A stretch of DNA of 64,000 bases. Origin: the human T2T-CHM13v2.0 reference genome, Homo sapiens. Within the stretch, counting starts at the first letter, position 1, and each line of letters opens with the position of its first letter. Positions 1-14,263 of the stretch are shown here, one piece after another. Under the pieces are notes generated by a model, which saw only the letters and a program-made list of their open reading frames with translations, was not told the DNA's origin and did not search any database. Where the stretch lies: NCBI RefSeq assembly GCF_009914755.1, contig NC_060939.1; one strand, given 5' to 3'. The position numbers and the translations under genes are program-made.

Positions 1-149
1 ATTAATAAGTTTATATAGAATGAATACTCTTTAGCCCAGGAATGAGAAATACTTCTGAACTATTTCTCTGTGGTTTTCTTGAACTTCTGCCCCTATCTTC
101 CCTAGGAAGACACTCCCCATCACTGTAGTTGATCAGCTTATCCTTCTTC

Positions 150-1300
<1,151 letters not shown>

Positions 1301-1351
1301 AGCAGGTGTCTAATTTAAACTGAGACAAATGGGTCAAAAATGAAGGCTCAG

Positions 1352-1655
1352 GGCCAGGAGTGGTGGTTCACACCTGTAATCTCAGCACTTTGGGAGGCCG
1401 AGGCAAGTGGATCACCTGAGGTCAGAAGCTCGAGACCAGCCTGGCCAACATGGTGAAACTTTGTCTCTCCTAATAATACAAAAAAATTAGCCAAGCATGG
1501 TGGCGCATGCCTATAATCTCTGCTACTCTGGAGGCTGAGGCAGGAGAATCACTTGAACCCAGGAGGCAGAGGTTCCAGTGAGTCAAGATCTCACCATTGC
1601 ACTACAGCCTGGGCAACGAGAGCGAAACTCCGTCTCCAAAAAAAAAAAAAAAAAA
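1352..1655 (+). mobile_element. Alu (AluS-like)
   Basis: Full dimer with A tail, TSD aaggctc. Confidence 0.95.
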
Positions 1656-1945
1656 GGCTCTGATGACCTATTGTCATCAACTAGTCTCACCCTAGTTTGT
1701 AGGAGACATGTGAAGACTTCTGAGTATATTGTTCTGAGAGATGACAATTTTAAAATGCACTTTTGTCTAGTTCAAACAAAATAATGTGCTGTTCTAGTGA
1801 AGAATGTTATGTTTAAAAGCTCAGGTACAGGAAAGGGGAAGGCAAGGAATAGAAGAAAAGGAAAGGTTTTCCCTAGAACTATACATTCAATGGTTCAGTT
1901 TTAAGTTTCCAGAGCTCTCATAAGGAGTAAATATCAAAGACTTAC

Positions 1946-2214
1946 TTCTGCCCTTAACTGCTGCTGTTCCATTGCAATGATGGAGGCCTGGGGACTTGTA
2001 GACATACTTTCCTCTGGCTCTTTAAAACCTGGGGCATTCCCCACATCTCCACTCACAAAGCTTACAACATTTTCAATCAAAGTGTGAACTCCCAAAGACT
2101 TGGTAAGATCAAAATCTGACTCAAAGGAATAGGAGGAGTTGCATAACCAGTCTCTGCTATGTTTCAGGCGAGCCCAAGAGTCACTCAGGGATTCCAATTG
2201 ACTGTGCATAGGAC
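1946..2214 (-). CDS. HERC1: HERC1 coding exon (~exon 26)
   Basis: 269 nt, phase 1-0; GPMHSQLESLSDSWARLKHSRDW...AMEQQQLRAE|gtaagt. Confidence 0.96.
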
Positions 2215-3878
2215 CTATATACAAACAGAATAAACATATATCAATGGCAATCAAGTAGAGCATACATTCTGAAACTAGATAAGGCTGAGTGCTGCTACCA
2301 TAACCAACTGGTGAAAAATGGATACTCATGTTTGAATACGCGCATGCATTAAGTGAATCTGAGCAAAATGCTTTGGTAAAAACAACAAACAAACAAAAAT
2401 TAGAGCAATGTAAGAAAATAAAGGGAAAGCCCTGTTTGATGTACCAGTGTCTCTGTAAGCGCTTTAGCAACACGCTGCCACAAGAAAAAGAAAGGCAGAA
2501 GCTGTTTTCAAAATGCTTAGCTTAAAATGCTCTGCAGTATTAAACCAGATCATCATTTATGAACAAAAAGGAACTAGGCACTTAAGACACTGCTAGTAAG
2601 ACCTACTCAAAACAGAAAGATTTCATCTAATTTAACATTATCATTACAAAGGGCAAGTTAAGACTGAACAAAGTGTCTACATATCTGCAATGAAACATTA
2701 CCAAAAAATGAATATAGAAGGGCAAGTAAACTTACACAAAAAGGAGACACAAACATCACCCTTTGGGTTTCATTAATATAAGGAACATTCTCACTGACTG
2801 TGTCATGTGCATATTTACTGCAGGTTGTGAAACTCCTATATAGAGGAAGCAAAGTTTCACAGACAAGAATATGAGATTTACTGTAAAATGATACCTATAT
2901 AAAATTATCAAGTGGCATCAAAATAGTTGCTAAATATAATACCATTAGATTTGCCAGTGGGTATTTTTTAAGCTAAAATCTTTACATTAGCAAAATGTTA
3001 ACATGTTTGAACATAACAGCAACTGTCCAAGTCATTTGTCAATATTAGCTTTAAATAAATATATAAATGTCCAATTCTTACAAATCTTTAATTTAACTGG
3101 TCTCAGATACATAAATTTGATTAACTACAATCCTTTCGTCATGACATACTCTCATCATTGGTCCATGCATGGCCCAATTTTGAAATCACATATTTATAAT
3201 AAATATCTGTGAACACAAGAACTAGAAAACTAACAGTAACTTCTATCTATTTGCTCCTCCTCCAGCCCATCTCTTGCTACCTAAAGTTTTATTATCCTGA
3301 GGCCTGGGTTTATTATTTCCTTGTTTTTATTGTTTTAATGTATTCCTAAGATGAATAATGGTTTTAGTTGTCGTTGACTTTTAAAAAAGAGTATCATTTT
3401 ATATCACCTTTTTGGACACACTCTTTCATTCAATATAATATTGCTAATATTCATCCACATTACTAAGTGTAACCATGGTTCATTTATTTGATTGCTGTAT
3501 AACATCCTATTATGTGAATATACTACATTTCTCAATTAGGGAAGTATCTTAAGGTACCCAATTAAATATGCATAAAAATTATATCAGTTATGTAACTAGA
3601 TAGAAAAGTTTGGGAAGATAACTACTTAAACACTAATGCCCACAGAGAAAACAAACTAACAACAATATTCAATGTAGAATCTTATTTTTGAATTACTATA
3701 CTGGTGTCAATTAAACCCTAGGATTTCAAAATTCGTAACACGGAGCTAATATTACAAAGTAACTATGAAATAATTTATATGTATCCTAGTAAAATAATGT
3801 AGAATGGCAAAGAATATATGGTTTATCTGCCTTCTGTGTTTTAGAAAGAATTATTAAGATTTAAAAAGGCTTAATTTT

Positions 3879-3944
3879 CACCACTGCACTCCAGCCTGGG
3901 TGACAGGGCGAGACCCTGCCTCAAAAAAAAAAAAAAAAAAAAAA
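3879..3944 (+). mobile_element. 5'-truncated Alu 3' end
   Basis: caccactgcactccagcctggg...A tail; TSD gcttaattttca. Confidence 0.9.
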
Positions 3945-4647
3945 GCTTAATTTTCATTCTTGCTGAACATGAAAAATAACAACCTACCTAAAAATTTCCC
4001 CAAATTGTAGACCTGAATATTCTTTCATGTGACACAGAAAAAACTGAAAATTCAAAGAATAATATCATAGATGCATAATGTATTAAGTTAAAAATATTTA
4101 AAGAATAAAGTAGAGGCTAATGTAAAAAATATATACATTCTTTTTTCATTTCCTTAAAGCACCTCAAATTCAGAATCTGTATTTAGCCTTAACTTACAAA
4201 TGATAGATTCTGGCTCCTCACATTGAACTTGTTTTTTGGGGGGGTGTTTTTTTTTAAATATTAAAATTTTAGAATAAAAGGTTCTTCTAGTTACTAATAC
4301 TTATAAATTACTTTTCAAAATGAATATAAAATGCGCAAGGAACTGATATTAGAACTGCAGAAGAAAAAGAGACCTTAAAGATTATTTAGTCCAATTTTCA
4401 CAAATGAGGAAACAGAGGCACAAAAAAATTGGTTTGTCACATAATGACATTAATTCCTTAATTTTATGGGAGGTAGTCTTACATATTCATTATTAACCAA
4501 CTCACAAATCACTGATGGAAATTTCAATTGCCTGCCTATATAAAGGTTCAATTATGAATCTACCAATACTGAACTGTCTTCATATAAACCAAAATATTCT
4601 ATGGAATGGCTGACGAAGCCCAAAATTAAATCTTCTGCAATTTAAAG

Positions 4648-4858
4648 CAGGGGTTGGCAAACTTTTTCTGTAAAGGGCCAGACAGTAAATATTTTAGGCT
4701 TTGCAGACCATAAGGTCTCTGTGACAACTACACAACTCTGCTGTTGTAGTATGAAAGCAACCACTTAAATAAATGAGTGTGGCTGTGTTCCAATAAAACC
4801 TGATAAAAATAGATGCCAGGTCAGTCTTGGCCTCCTAGCTGTAGTCTGCTGAGCCCTA
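4648..4858. mobile_element. MER58A-like hAT-Charlie DNA transposon
   Basis: Starts caggggttggcaaactttttctgtaaagggccag, the MER58 terminus. Confidence 0.8.
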
Positions 4859-5361
4859 ACGGATGAAATTAACCCAAATGTAACTTTGTATAAATAAAAT
4901 ATTAAGAACAGGAAACACACTATGTGGAAGCATCAGGATAAATAATTTCCATCAAAATATTTAGTTTGACATCAAAAAGACTTAAAACACAAAAATTTAT
5001 AATATGGAAATGGGAGAGGAAAGAACTTTAATTTTTTTTTTAAGTATAACAATCTGATAACTTTGGTTTGCTCTGTACTATCTGAATACAGGAAATATTA
5101 TATCTGAAAAGGGCATTAAAAGCTTCTACATAACAATTGAGACTAAGCCCAATTCTTAATACTAATTCAGAATCACCTACTATATAAAGAAAATACAAAA
5201 TCCAACAAAAAATTTTTGAGATTGTTTACTTGTCCTTACAAGTTTGGTTTTTAAATGGAATTTTCAAAATGAACATGGCAGAGCTGCAATACATACTTTA
5301 TAAACCATAAAATATGTAGGCAAGCTAAAAGGGGAAAAAAATTAAACATGCCATCATGTAC

Positions 5362-5394
5362 TTGCTTGAAGCTCTTCTTTTTTCTGGGGCTCAA
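5362..5394 (-). other. Candidate 33-nt microexon, phase 1-1
   Basis: tttactcctttttggccag| acceptor, weak CAA|gtacat donor; encodes (V)EPQKKEELQA. Confidence 0.3.
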
Positions 5395-6037
5395 CTGGCC
5401 AAAAAGGAGTAAATACACTACCACACGAGAATCAGAAAACAAAAGGAGAAATTTGATACAGGAGAGAAACATTTACATTCGCTTTTCTTTATATCATCTA
5501 ATTTGAAATGCACAGACAAAATAGCATTTCACCCATACATGTTATACCATGAAACACACATGTTGATAAATGTTTCCAGTATTATTTTAGCAATAAAACC
5601 CTATCAAAATATTTAAAGATTAGGGGCGATAATCAAACCACACAGTATTTTAACTAATAAGATTTCTGATGCTGCTTAAGTTGCTGTTTTGATATCCCAC
5701 AACTTTTCACTGTATCATCTTCAGCTTAAATATGAAAACTAAAATCAAGTATCTGCAAAAACGTATTGTCTTTCTGTAAACAATCGTACAACCATAGCAA
5801 ATCTTTTAAGTTTTATCAAAGTACCAAATTACTAACATATTTTTACAGGTTTTGTCAAGAATTTTATCAGGCTGTTATGAAAATTAAATGAGTTACTATA
5901 ATATTTGTGAAGGGCTTAGAACAATGCTCATATAGTAAGTAGTTTATAAATGTTTACTAAATACAAATTTCATATTGCCTCTGAGGTGCTAAGCAGAAGA
6001 AATGTTTCATCCACCTCTTTTAGAAGTAAATTTAGCT

Positions 6038-6350
<313 letters not shown>

Positions 6351-6819
6351 TTAGCTTTGATGCCTCTGAAAAGCTGAGCAAGGTGGCTAAATGTATCTGC
6401 CCACATTTCTTTGCCCCTTCCTACATATTCACTTTCTTAGACCAAGGGCTTAGACCAATTGTGAAACATTAACTGAAGTGAGGGGAGAAAAAGGCGCAAT
6501 TGTGGTTCAACAGCGTGAATCTTAGTATCCCCACTGTCAAATACTGAGATTACAGGCAATGGGCCCTCTCAAGGAGGAGCCTTTGCAGGCATGGAAAGAG
6601 CAGCTGAAAATGTGTATACACCCATTGTCATTTATACATCCATTAAACTTCAGTAAACAGGATATAATTAAACAGCATTATCTCTCTCCTATTCCTCTCA
6701 TCAGGCTTTTAGTAATTCAAGACCACTGAGACTAGTAAATGCAAATGCTGTATGAGGGAAAACATTTTACATTTCCTCCTCAAAATATTGGAAGGGGTAA
6801 ACAAGCACATAGAATTCTT

Positions 6820-7157
6820 GGCCAGGCACGGTGGCTCATTTCTGTAATTCCAGCACTTTGGGAGGCCAAGGTGGGTGGACTGCTTGAGCCCAGTTCAAGA
6901 CCAGACTGAGCAACATGGCGAAACCCCGTTTCTACAAAATAAAAAAATATATAAAATAAATAAATAAAATTAGCCAGGCATAGTGGCATGTGCCTGCAGT
7001 CCCTCCCAGCTACTTGAGAGGCTCAGATGGGAGGGTCACTTGAGCCTGGGGAGGTTGAGCCTCAGTGGTGCAGTGAGCTGTGATCGCACCACTGTACTCC
7101 AGCCTGGGTGACAGAGCAAGACACTGTCTCAAAAAAAAAAAAGAAAGAAAAAAAAAG
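6820..7157 (+). mobile_element. Alu (AluJ-like)
   Basis: Full dimer; TSD agaattct, which abuts the donor of the candidate 142-nt exon. Confidence 0.93.
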
Positions 7158-7168
7158 AGAATTCTCAC

Positions 7169-7310
7169 TTGGCTGGACATTTGTTTGTCCTTCATGGCTC
7201 AAGTCAGAATCAGAATACTCAACAGTTTGAATGGCTCCCAAACAGTTCTCAGACTTGGCAGGTTCAACTGCCCAACTGAAGATTTTATGGCTTAAGGCAT
7301 CTGGTCTATA
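7169..7310 (-). other. Candidate alternative HERC1 exon, 142 nt, phase 0-1 (same phases as exon 25)
   Basis: Long pyrimidine tract ending ttttttgtcag|, CAA|gtgaga donor, 47 stop-free codons. Confidence 0.5.
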
Positions 7311-7835
7311 CTGACAAAAAAGGAAAAAAAATACAGTCATTTATTTTACTATAATTTAAAAGCAAAACAAAAAAACCCTACTGTGTCAAAGGGCAGTCAC
7401 TAAATATACAATATTTTTGTAAAATCTCTTTGAAAATATAATCTCCTAAATGTGTTATATCCATGCCTAAGTAATTCACATTCAAATTACAGTTTTTTCT
7501 TAGTTGGAAAGATGAAGATTCTACTTTCTTTTATTCCAAAGATATTATTTTGTACATGCTGACCTGGTTAACACAGACTGAATCTCAAATTATATTTCCA
7601 TATGCATGATAGAGATTTGAGAGAAAACAATTTTAACCAATGAACTATTACTTATAAACTTAACTAATATAGTATAAACTATAAATTGGATTTCTTATGC
7701 TACTCAGTAAGTCTGGAGCCATTTTCTCTCTAGCGCCAAATGATATACATTTATTAATATAACATACAACTTTTAGCAATTATATTCACCTGAGCTAAAC
7801 AAAATTAGGAAAGTAAATCTGTTCCAAAAATTTAA

Positions 7836-8250
<415 letters not shown>

Positions 8251-8374
8251 CTCTGTAATTTTTTTTTAAGAAACTCAGCAGCTTTGGTATGTTATGGTCT
8301 CAAAAGACTTCTCGATAAAGAAAGCTCTGGTCTTTATTATTCCTAATATTTCAGAGAAATCATTCTCTGTATTC

Positions 8375-8628
8375 TTTTTTTTTGAGACAGGGTCTCACTG
8401 TTGTCACACAGGCTGGAGTGCAGTGGCATGATCACAGTACCCTGCAACTTCGAATTCCTGGGCTCCTGTGATTTTCTCACCTCAGCCTCCTGAGTAGCTA
8501 GAAATACAGGTGCATGCATCCACGCCTAGCTTTTTTTTTTCTTTTTGGCAGAGACAGGGGTCTCACTATGTTGCCCAGACTAGCCTTCCGAAGTGCTGGG
8601 ATTACAGGTGTGAGCCACCACACCTGGC
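8375..8628 (-). mobile_element. Alu (AluJ-like, internal deletion)
   Basis: Alu consensus, left arm shortened. Confidence 0.9.
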
Positions 8629-8941
8629 CCATTCTTTCTATTCTAATTGTAATTAAATGATGAAATATTGCCAAATTTTAAGTAACAACATTTATTCTTT
8701 TGAGCTATATACATGAAAATGAAAAAATTATGTGTGCATTGCTTTCCCTCATTTCTGTTTTTTTTCTATGGATGAGAAACCTAACATTCTGCCAAGGAAG
8801 CTATTAAGAGAAGGGTTTCATTCTGAAATACAAAAGATTTAATATCATGAAAAAAAATTTTTTCACAGGCTTTTAGAAAACTGCCACTAGTGGCAATTTT
8901 TAACACTTCACATTTTCACAACCACTTAATAAATGGTTTTA

Positions 8942-9383
<442 letters not shown>

Positions 9384-9930
9384 CTATACTATTCATTAAC
9401 AAAAGACCTTAACTCTCAATGACACTCTAATTTGTTCCTCATGAAATTTTTAAAATATTTTTTATGTAAGAGATATAATATCTCTTCATGTAAGAGATAA
9501 AGCATCTCTTACATGCTTTATCTTAATAGGCCAAGAGGGAAAAAAAATAGAAACTTTTTATTTCAACGTGTGTGTACACGTGTACGGGGTAAGAAGTTCT
9601 CCCTGTAACACCATTTAAACTGTAACAACTCTGTGAGCTAAAACATGGAAAATTTTGTAAATAACCCCTTTCCATCATAATGGAATGTACTGTTTTTAGA
9701 ATTCTATAGGACTTTTAAAAAGTCAAAATACATGACAAATGAGAAAATAACTGATTATTAACTCCTAAACATTCCCAGATTTTTAAAGCGTACATATTTT
9801 AAAGAAAATAGTCTTCGTTTTAACTCTTCTGATAAAATGATTCTGAAATTTTTTGCAGTTACATTTCAAAGACAATCATATCTAAATACATCAGATATAA
9901 AAACAGCTTCTTAATTTATTTACTATGCTC

Positions 9931-9957
9931 TTTTTTTTTTTGAGACAGGGTCTCACT
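9931..9957 (-). mobile_element. Ultra-short Alu 3' tip with TSD
   Basis: T11 + gagacagggtctcact, between tatttactatg(c/t)tctt repeats. Confidence 0.8.
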
Positions 9958-9992
9958 AAGATATTTACTATGTTCTTAATACTTACACTTAC

Positions 9993-10044
9993 CTCTCTTT
10001 CTGTGAGATGCTGCCAAATCCAAATCAACATTTCGTCTGCCACT
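9993..10044 (-). CDS. HERC1: HERC1 coding exon (~exon 25)
   Basis: 52 nt, phase 0-1; SGRRNVDLDLAASHRKR, tag|...G|gtaagt. Confidence 0.94.
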
Positions 10045-10305
10045 CTATTAAAAGTAAAAAGTAAATAAATAAAATTTAGTTGTGAAAAGTATTTTAAGAT
10101 TAAGATTTAATAGAGTATTAGAATACAAATTCATGTAATTACAGCAATGTCTTACTTATTCATCATTCAAGTCAAACTAATAACAAAATGTCCCTAAAAA
10201 CCCACTGAACATAGCTATAAGGAGGCTCAAGCACATATAACTCTGAAACACTAACTAAAAAACTCACATTAATTAACATTGCAGAGTAGCAGTAGTTTTT
10301 GTTAC

Positions 10306-10501
10306 CTTTTTCCATTGGAATCTTTGTCTTTTATCTTCCAGACACAGTATGATCTTATTAGCACCTTCCGGATGCCTAAAGCCTTGAAGTAGTGCCTTAT
10401 TTTCCAAAATTACTACTCCTTCCTCTAGCTTCACTTTCTTTTCAAAACTTCCACTAGCCTTCGCTAGGTGTTTAGAAGAAGAAAATCTGATAGTCTCCGT
10501 A
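10306..10501 (-). other. Candidate alternative HERC1 exon, 196 nt, phase 2-0 (same phases as exon 24)
   Basis: ttatttttctgttag| acceptor, AAG|gtaaca donor, 65 stop-free codons; not recognisably repeat-derived. Confidence 0.5.
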
Positions 10502-10810
10502 CTAACAGAAAAATAACAGTCCTAAACCTTCTGGTAGTATTTGAAAAGATTTTTAAATGTCTTTTTAAAAAACCTATTACAATAGACAAATCTCAAAACT
10601 GGTGAACTACAGACAGTTTAATAAAGCAGTGAAGGCTTACAAGAAGAATGGAAGTATATTTCTGTGTGTTACCTGTGTATCTGGTGGGGGGATGTAGACA
10701 ACTGCCTACTTGGCCTATATGTACAGGCAACCATAAACAAATCATATATGACTTAAGCTTGTGCATAGACTTGACATTATGGTATCAGCAATTTCAATTG
10801 TACTCTATCA

Positions 10811-11185
<375 letters not shown>

Positions 11186-12181
11186 TCATTTGGAAAATGT
11201 TATATAAAATCTTTACCTGGTCATATATATAGATACATGTACCCCTGGTGCAGATAAACACACATTTTCTTATACTCACCTACCTATGTATCAACAGAAA
11301 TAAGTATTATATATTCTTGGACCATTTGGTGCTGGATAAAACACCAAATAGTCATCATAAAGCTCCTCAAGGCATCACTGTGTCAGGCAATAAAACATTT
11401 TCATTACATAGTACCTTTGCCATGAGGACTCATGGAAGAAAACAATCTCAGGCCTCAGAACCAGAAAAATCTGGTTCTCTTGAACAATTTTGTTTTTTAT
11501 CTTTTAGACACTGTGAATTATGTAACTCATTATGCTTTTCCTGTGTGGTGACCAACCTCTAGCAGAACACCACAGGATATGGGCCAAGATAAGAATATCT
11601 TACCCAGGGCTTTATTTTCCTCTCTCAGCCTTTTTCAGTCCTAATTCATTCATCTAAATTATCCTTTTGTAAAGTATCTGTTTTCATATGCTAAATCAAA
11701 TCCTGCCAGAAACGAGGGAGCTAGGGAATAGACTAGAAGGGTGTAGCAAGAAATGTTAGTAAAAATGACACCTGTCAAACAGTTAAACTTAGGGTTGGTA
11801 TTCTCTGTTTTAGCAAGCAGAGAATAACAGTAGACAACACGTCATATAATACATTTTATGAAAGAAGGTTAAAACAAAGATTTAACATTAAAGTAGTTAA
11901 CTTCTAACATTTTAAAAAGCATTTCATTTACGAACAATTCAGAATAAATGAGGTATCAAAGATATGAACGGTAATCTTAAATAACCTCATATAGTATAGA
12001 AGGGTAACATATTTCAGCTGGAAAACCCAAACCATCCCAAGTGCTTGCTCCTCTTCATCCACCCCAGGCTCTCTGAAGCTGAAGGCTTAGCCCAGGTCTC
12101 CCTTCATCTGAAATGGAATCTGCTTTCTCTCTAGTTCTTGTCTTTTCCATCTTTTGACACTATCTTTGTAATATTCCATAA

Positions 12182-12521
<340 letters not shown>

Positions 12522-12899
12522 CAATCTTTTTTAAAAATGGGTTTTTTTTTAGTCTTTTTAAAAATTTTCTAAAAACTAAGTGAACAACCAGAAAACCTAA
12601 CAATCTTAACAATTAAATCTAAGCTCAATCCTCCTCCATTGATCTGTTGTCCCCATTTATAATTTTCCAGATATTTTAAATTGTATTACCAAATTTATTC
12701 TTCACAACACAGTTGAGGCAAGTACAACAGGCATTATTCTCCACTTCAAAGATAAAGAAACTGGAGCTCAGGAAGGTTAAATGTCTTGTACAGGTCAAAG
12801 TCCATGGTGAGTTTTAACCCTATTCTGAGTCAGATTTCATAGCTGATTTCCCAAAAGTACACCACTTTAATTTTACCCATCCTCCTTTCTATATTTTCA

Positions 12900-14245
12900 T
12901 TTCAGTTGAAAGGAGTTATTAATCATTTACAATATGTAAAGCACTGTGTAGGAGATATCAGGGGCATTTAGGAAAAATAAAAACCAAAAAATCCTAGATT
13001 TCTAGTGGGTTTACTGGGAAGACATACTAATAATACATAAATAAGTCCAACATAAGACAAACGGTAAATTATCAGACATCCTAACAAACTGTCATGGGAC
13101 AACTGGGAGAGTAAGGTAGCTGGGAAAGCTTTCTGGAAGAGGTAACATTTTAGACAGTCCTTCAGGGAAAGACAGGATATCAGCAAGGAAGCCTAGGAGA
13201 ACTTTTAAGGCAAATAGTGCTTTAGCAAAGGCTCAAGAGGTATGCTTGGGGTCTGGCAGATGAACTACTATGGCAAAAATGCAGACCACTGCAGAAGAAT
13301 ACTGGTTCCAAAAGCAGGCAGGTGACACTTCCCAGAATCTTTGATTTCCGAGTAGGCAGTGCAGTCACTCCTAGATTTGATCAGTCTGTAATTTGGACTT
13401 GCGTGGACTAGCCATCTCTCTGCAGTAAGACAAGATGTTTGAGTAGGAAAGTAGCACAATCAGCAGGTAGGTGTTTTGTTGTTGTTATGTGTGTTTCCAA
13501 GAGTTCTAATTTGGAAAGAAGTGTCTAAGGAGCAAAACTGGAAAAAGTAGGGGGACCAGTTTGAAAATACCTACTCCAGAAACAGGTAATAGGGCACTTC
13601 AATTAAAGAAAGGAAAAAACCAAATGCATGTGGAAATTTTGCCAAAATAGATTAGACAGTTATTTATAAATTTAAAAATAATTTCCTGACTACCTACCAC
13701 GTGCTATTATAGGTGCTTGGGATACAGAAGTGAATAAAACAGCAAAAAATTCCTGTCCTTAAAGAGCTTATATTCTAATGTAGACTAAGACTAACTGATC
13801 AATGAATAACTAAATTATACAGTAAGTGATCGGTGCCCCAGAAAAAACAAAGCAAGGCAAGGGGGACAGGAAGTGACTATTTGGAAAAGAAGGAAAATTG
13901 ACATTTTAAATAGGGTGGTCAGCACAGGCTTCATGGAAAAAGTAACATCAGAATGAAGACTTGAAGAAAGAGAGGGAGTTAGCCATGCAGGCAATAGCAT
14001 TCCAGTCCTAAGAAACAGCCAGTTAAGGCCCTAAAGGGAACTTGTGTTGCAGATTCACGCAACAGCTAAGAGTCCAGTGTGACAGAAGGAGAATCACTGA
14101 GGAGAGTAACAGAAGAGATCAGAGAGGTAGTGGGACCAGACCATGAAGAGCCTATAGACCCCTGTAAGGACTTAGACTTCTAGTCTGAGAAAAGGGAAGT
14201 CATTGCAGGACTCTGAGCAGAGAAACGACATGATCTATGTTTCAA
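12900..14245. mobile_element. Degraded L2 fragments
   Basis: L2-like motifs (cctgtccttaaagagcttatattctaa; agggtggtcag...ggcttc; gagcagagaaacgacatgatc). Confidence 0.6.
13365..13431 (-). repeat. 67-nt diverged copy of part of HERC1 exon 24 (16033-16099)
   Basis: Ungapped alignment 61/67 identical, same orientation. Confidence 0.92.
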
Positions 14246-14263
14246 AATTATTGCAGGGTTGGG

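Noticed and set aside
2266-2307. 42-nt cassette using donor AAT|gtatgc
   Set aside because: The intron to exon 26 would be only 51 nt, below the practical human minimum
13268-13459. Exon-24 copy as a functional duplicated exon
   Set aside because: The original splice sites were not copied, no good donor follows, and the cryptic acceptor gives a stop within four codons after exon 24
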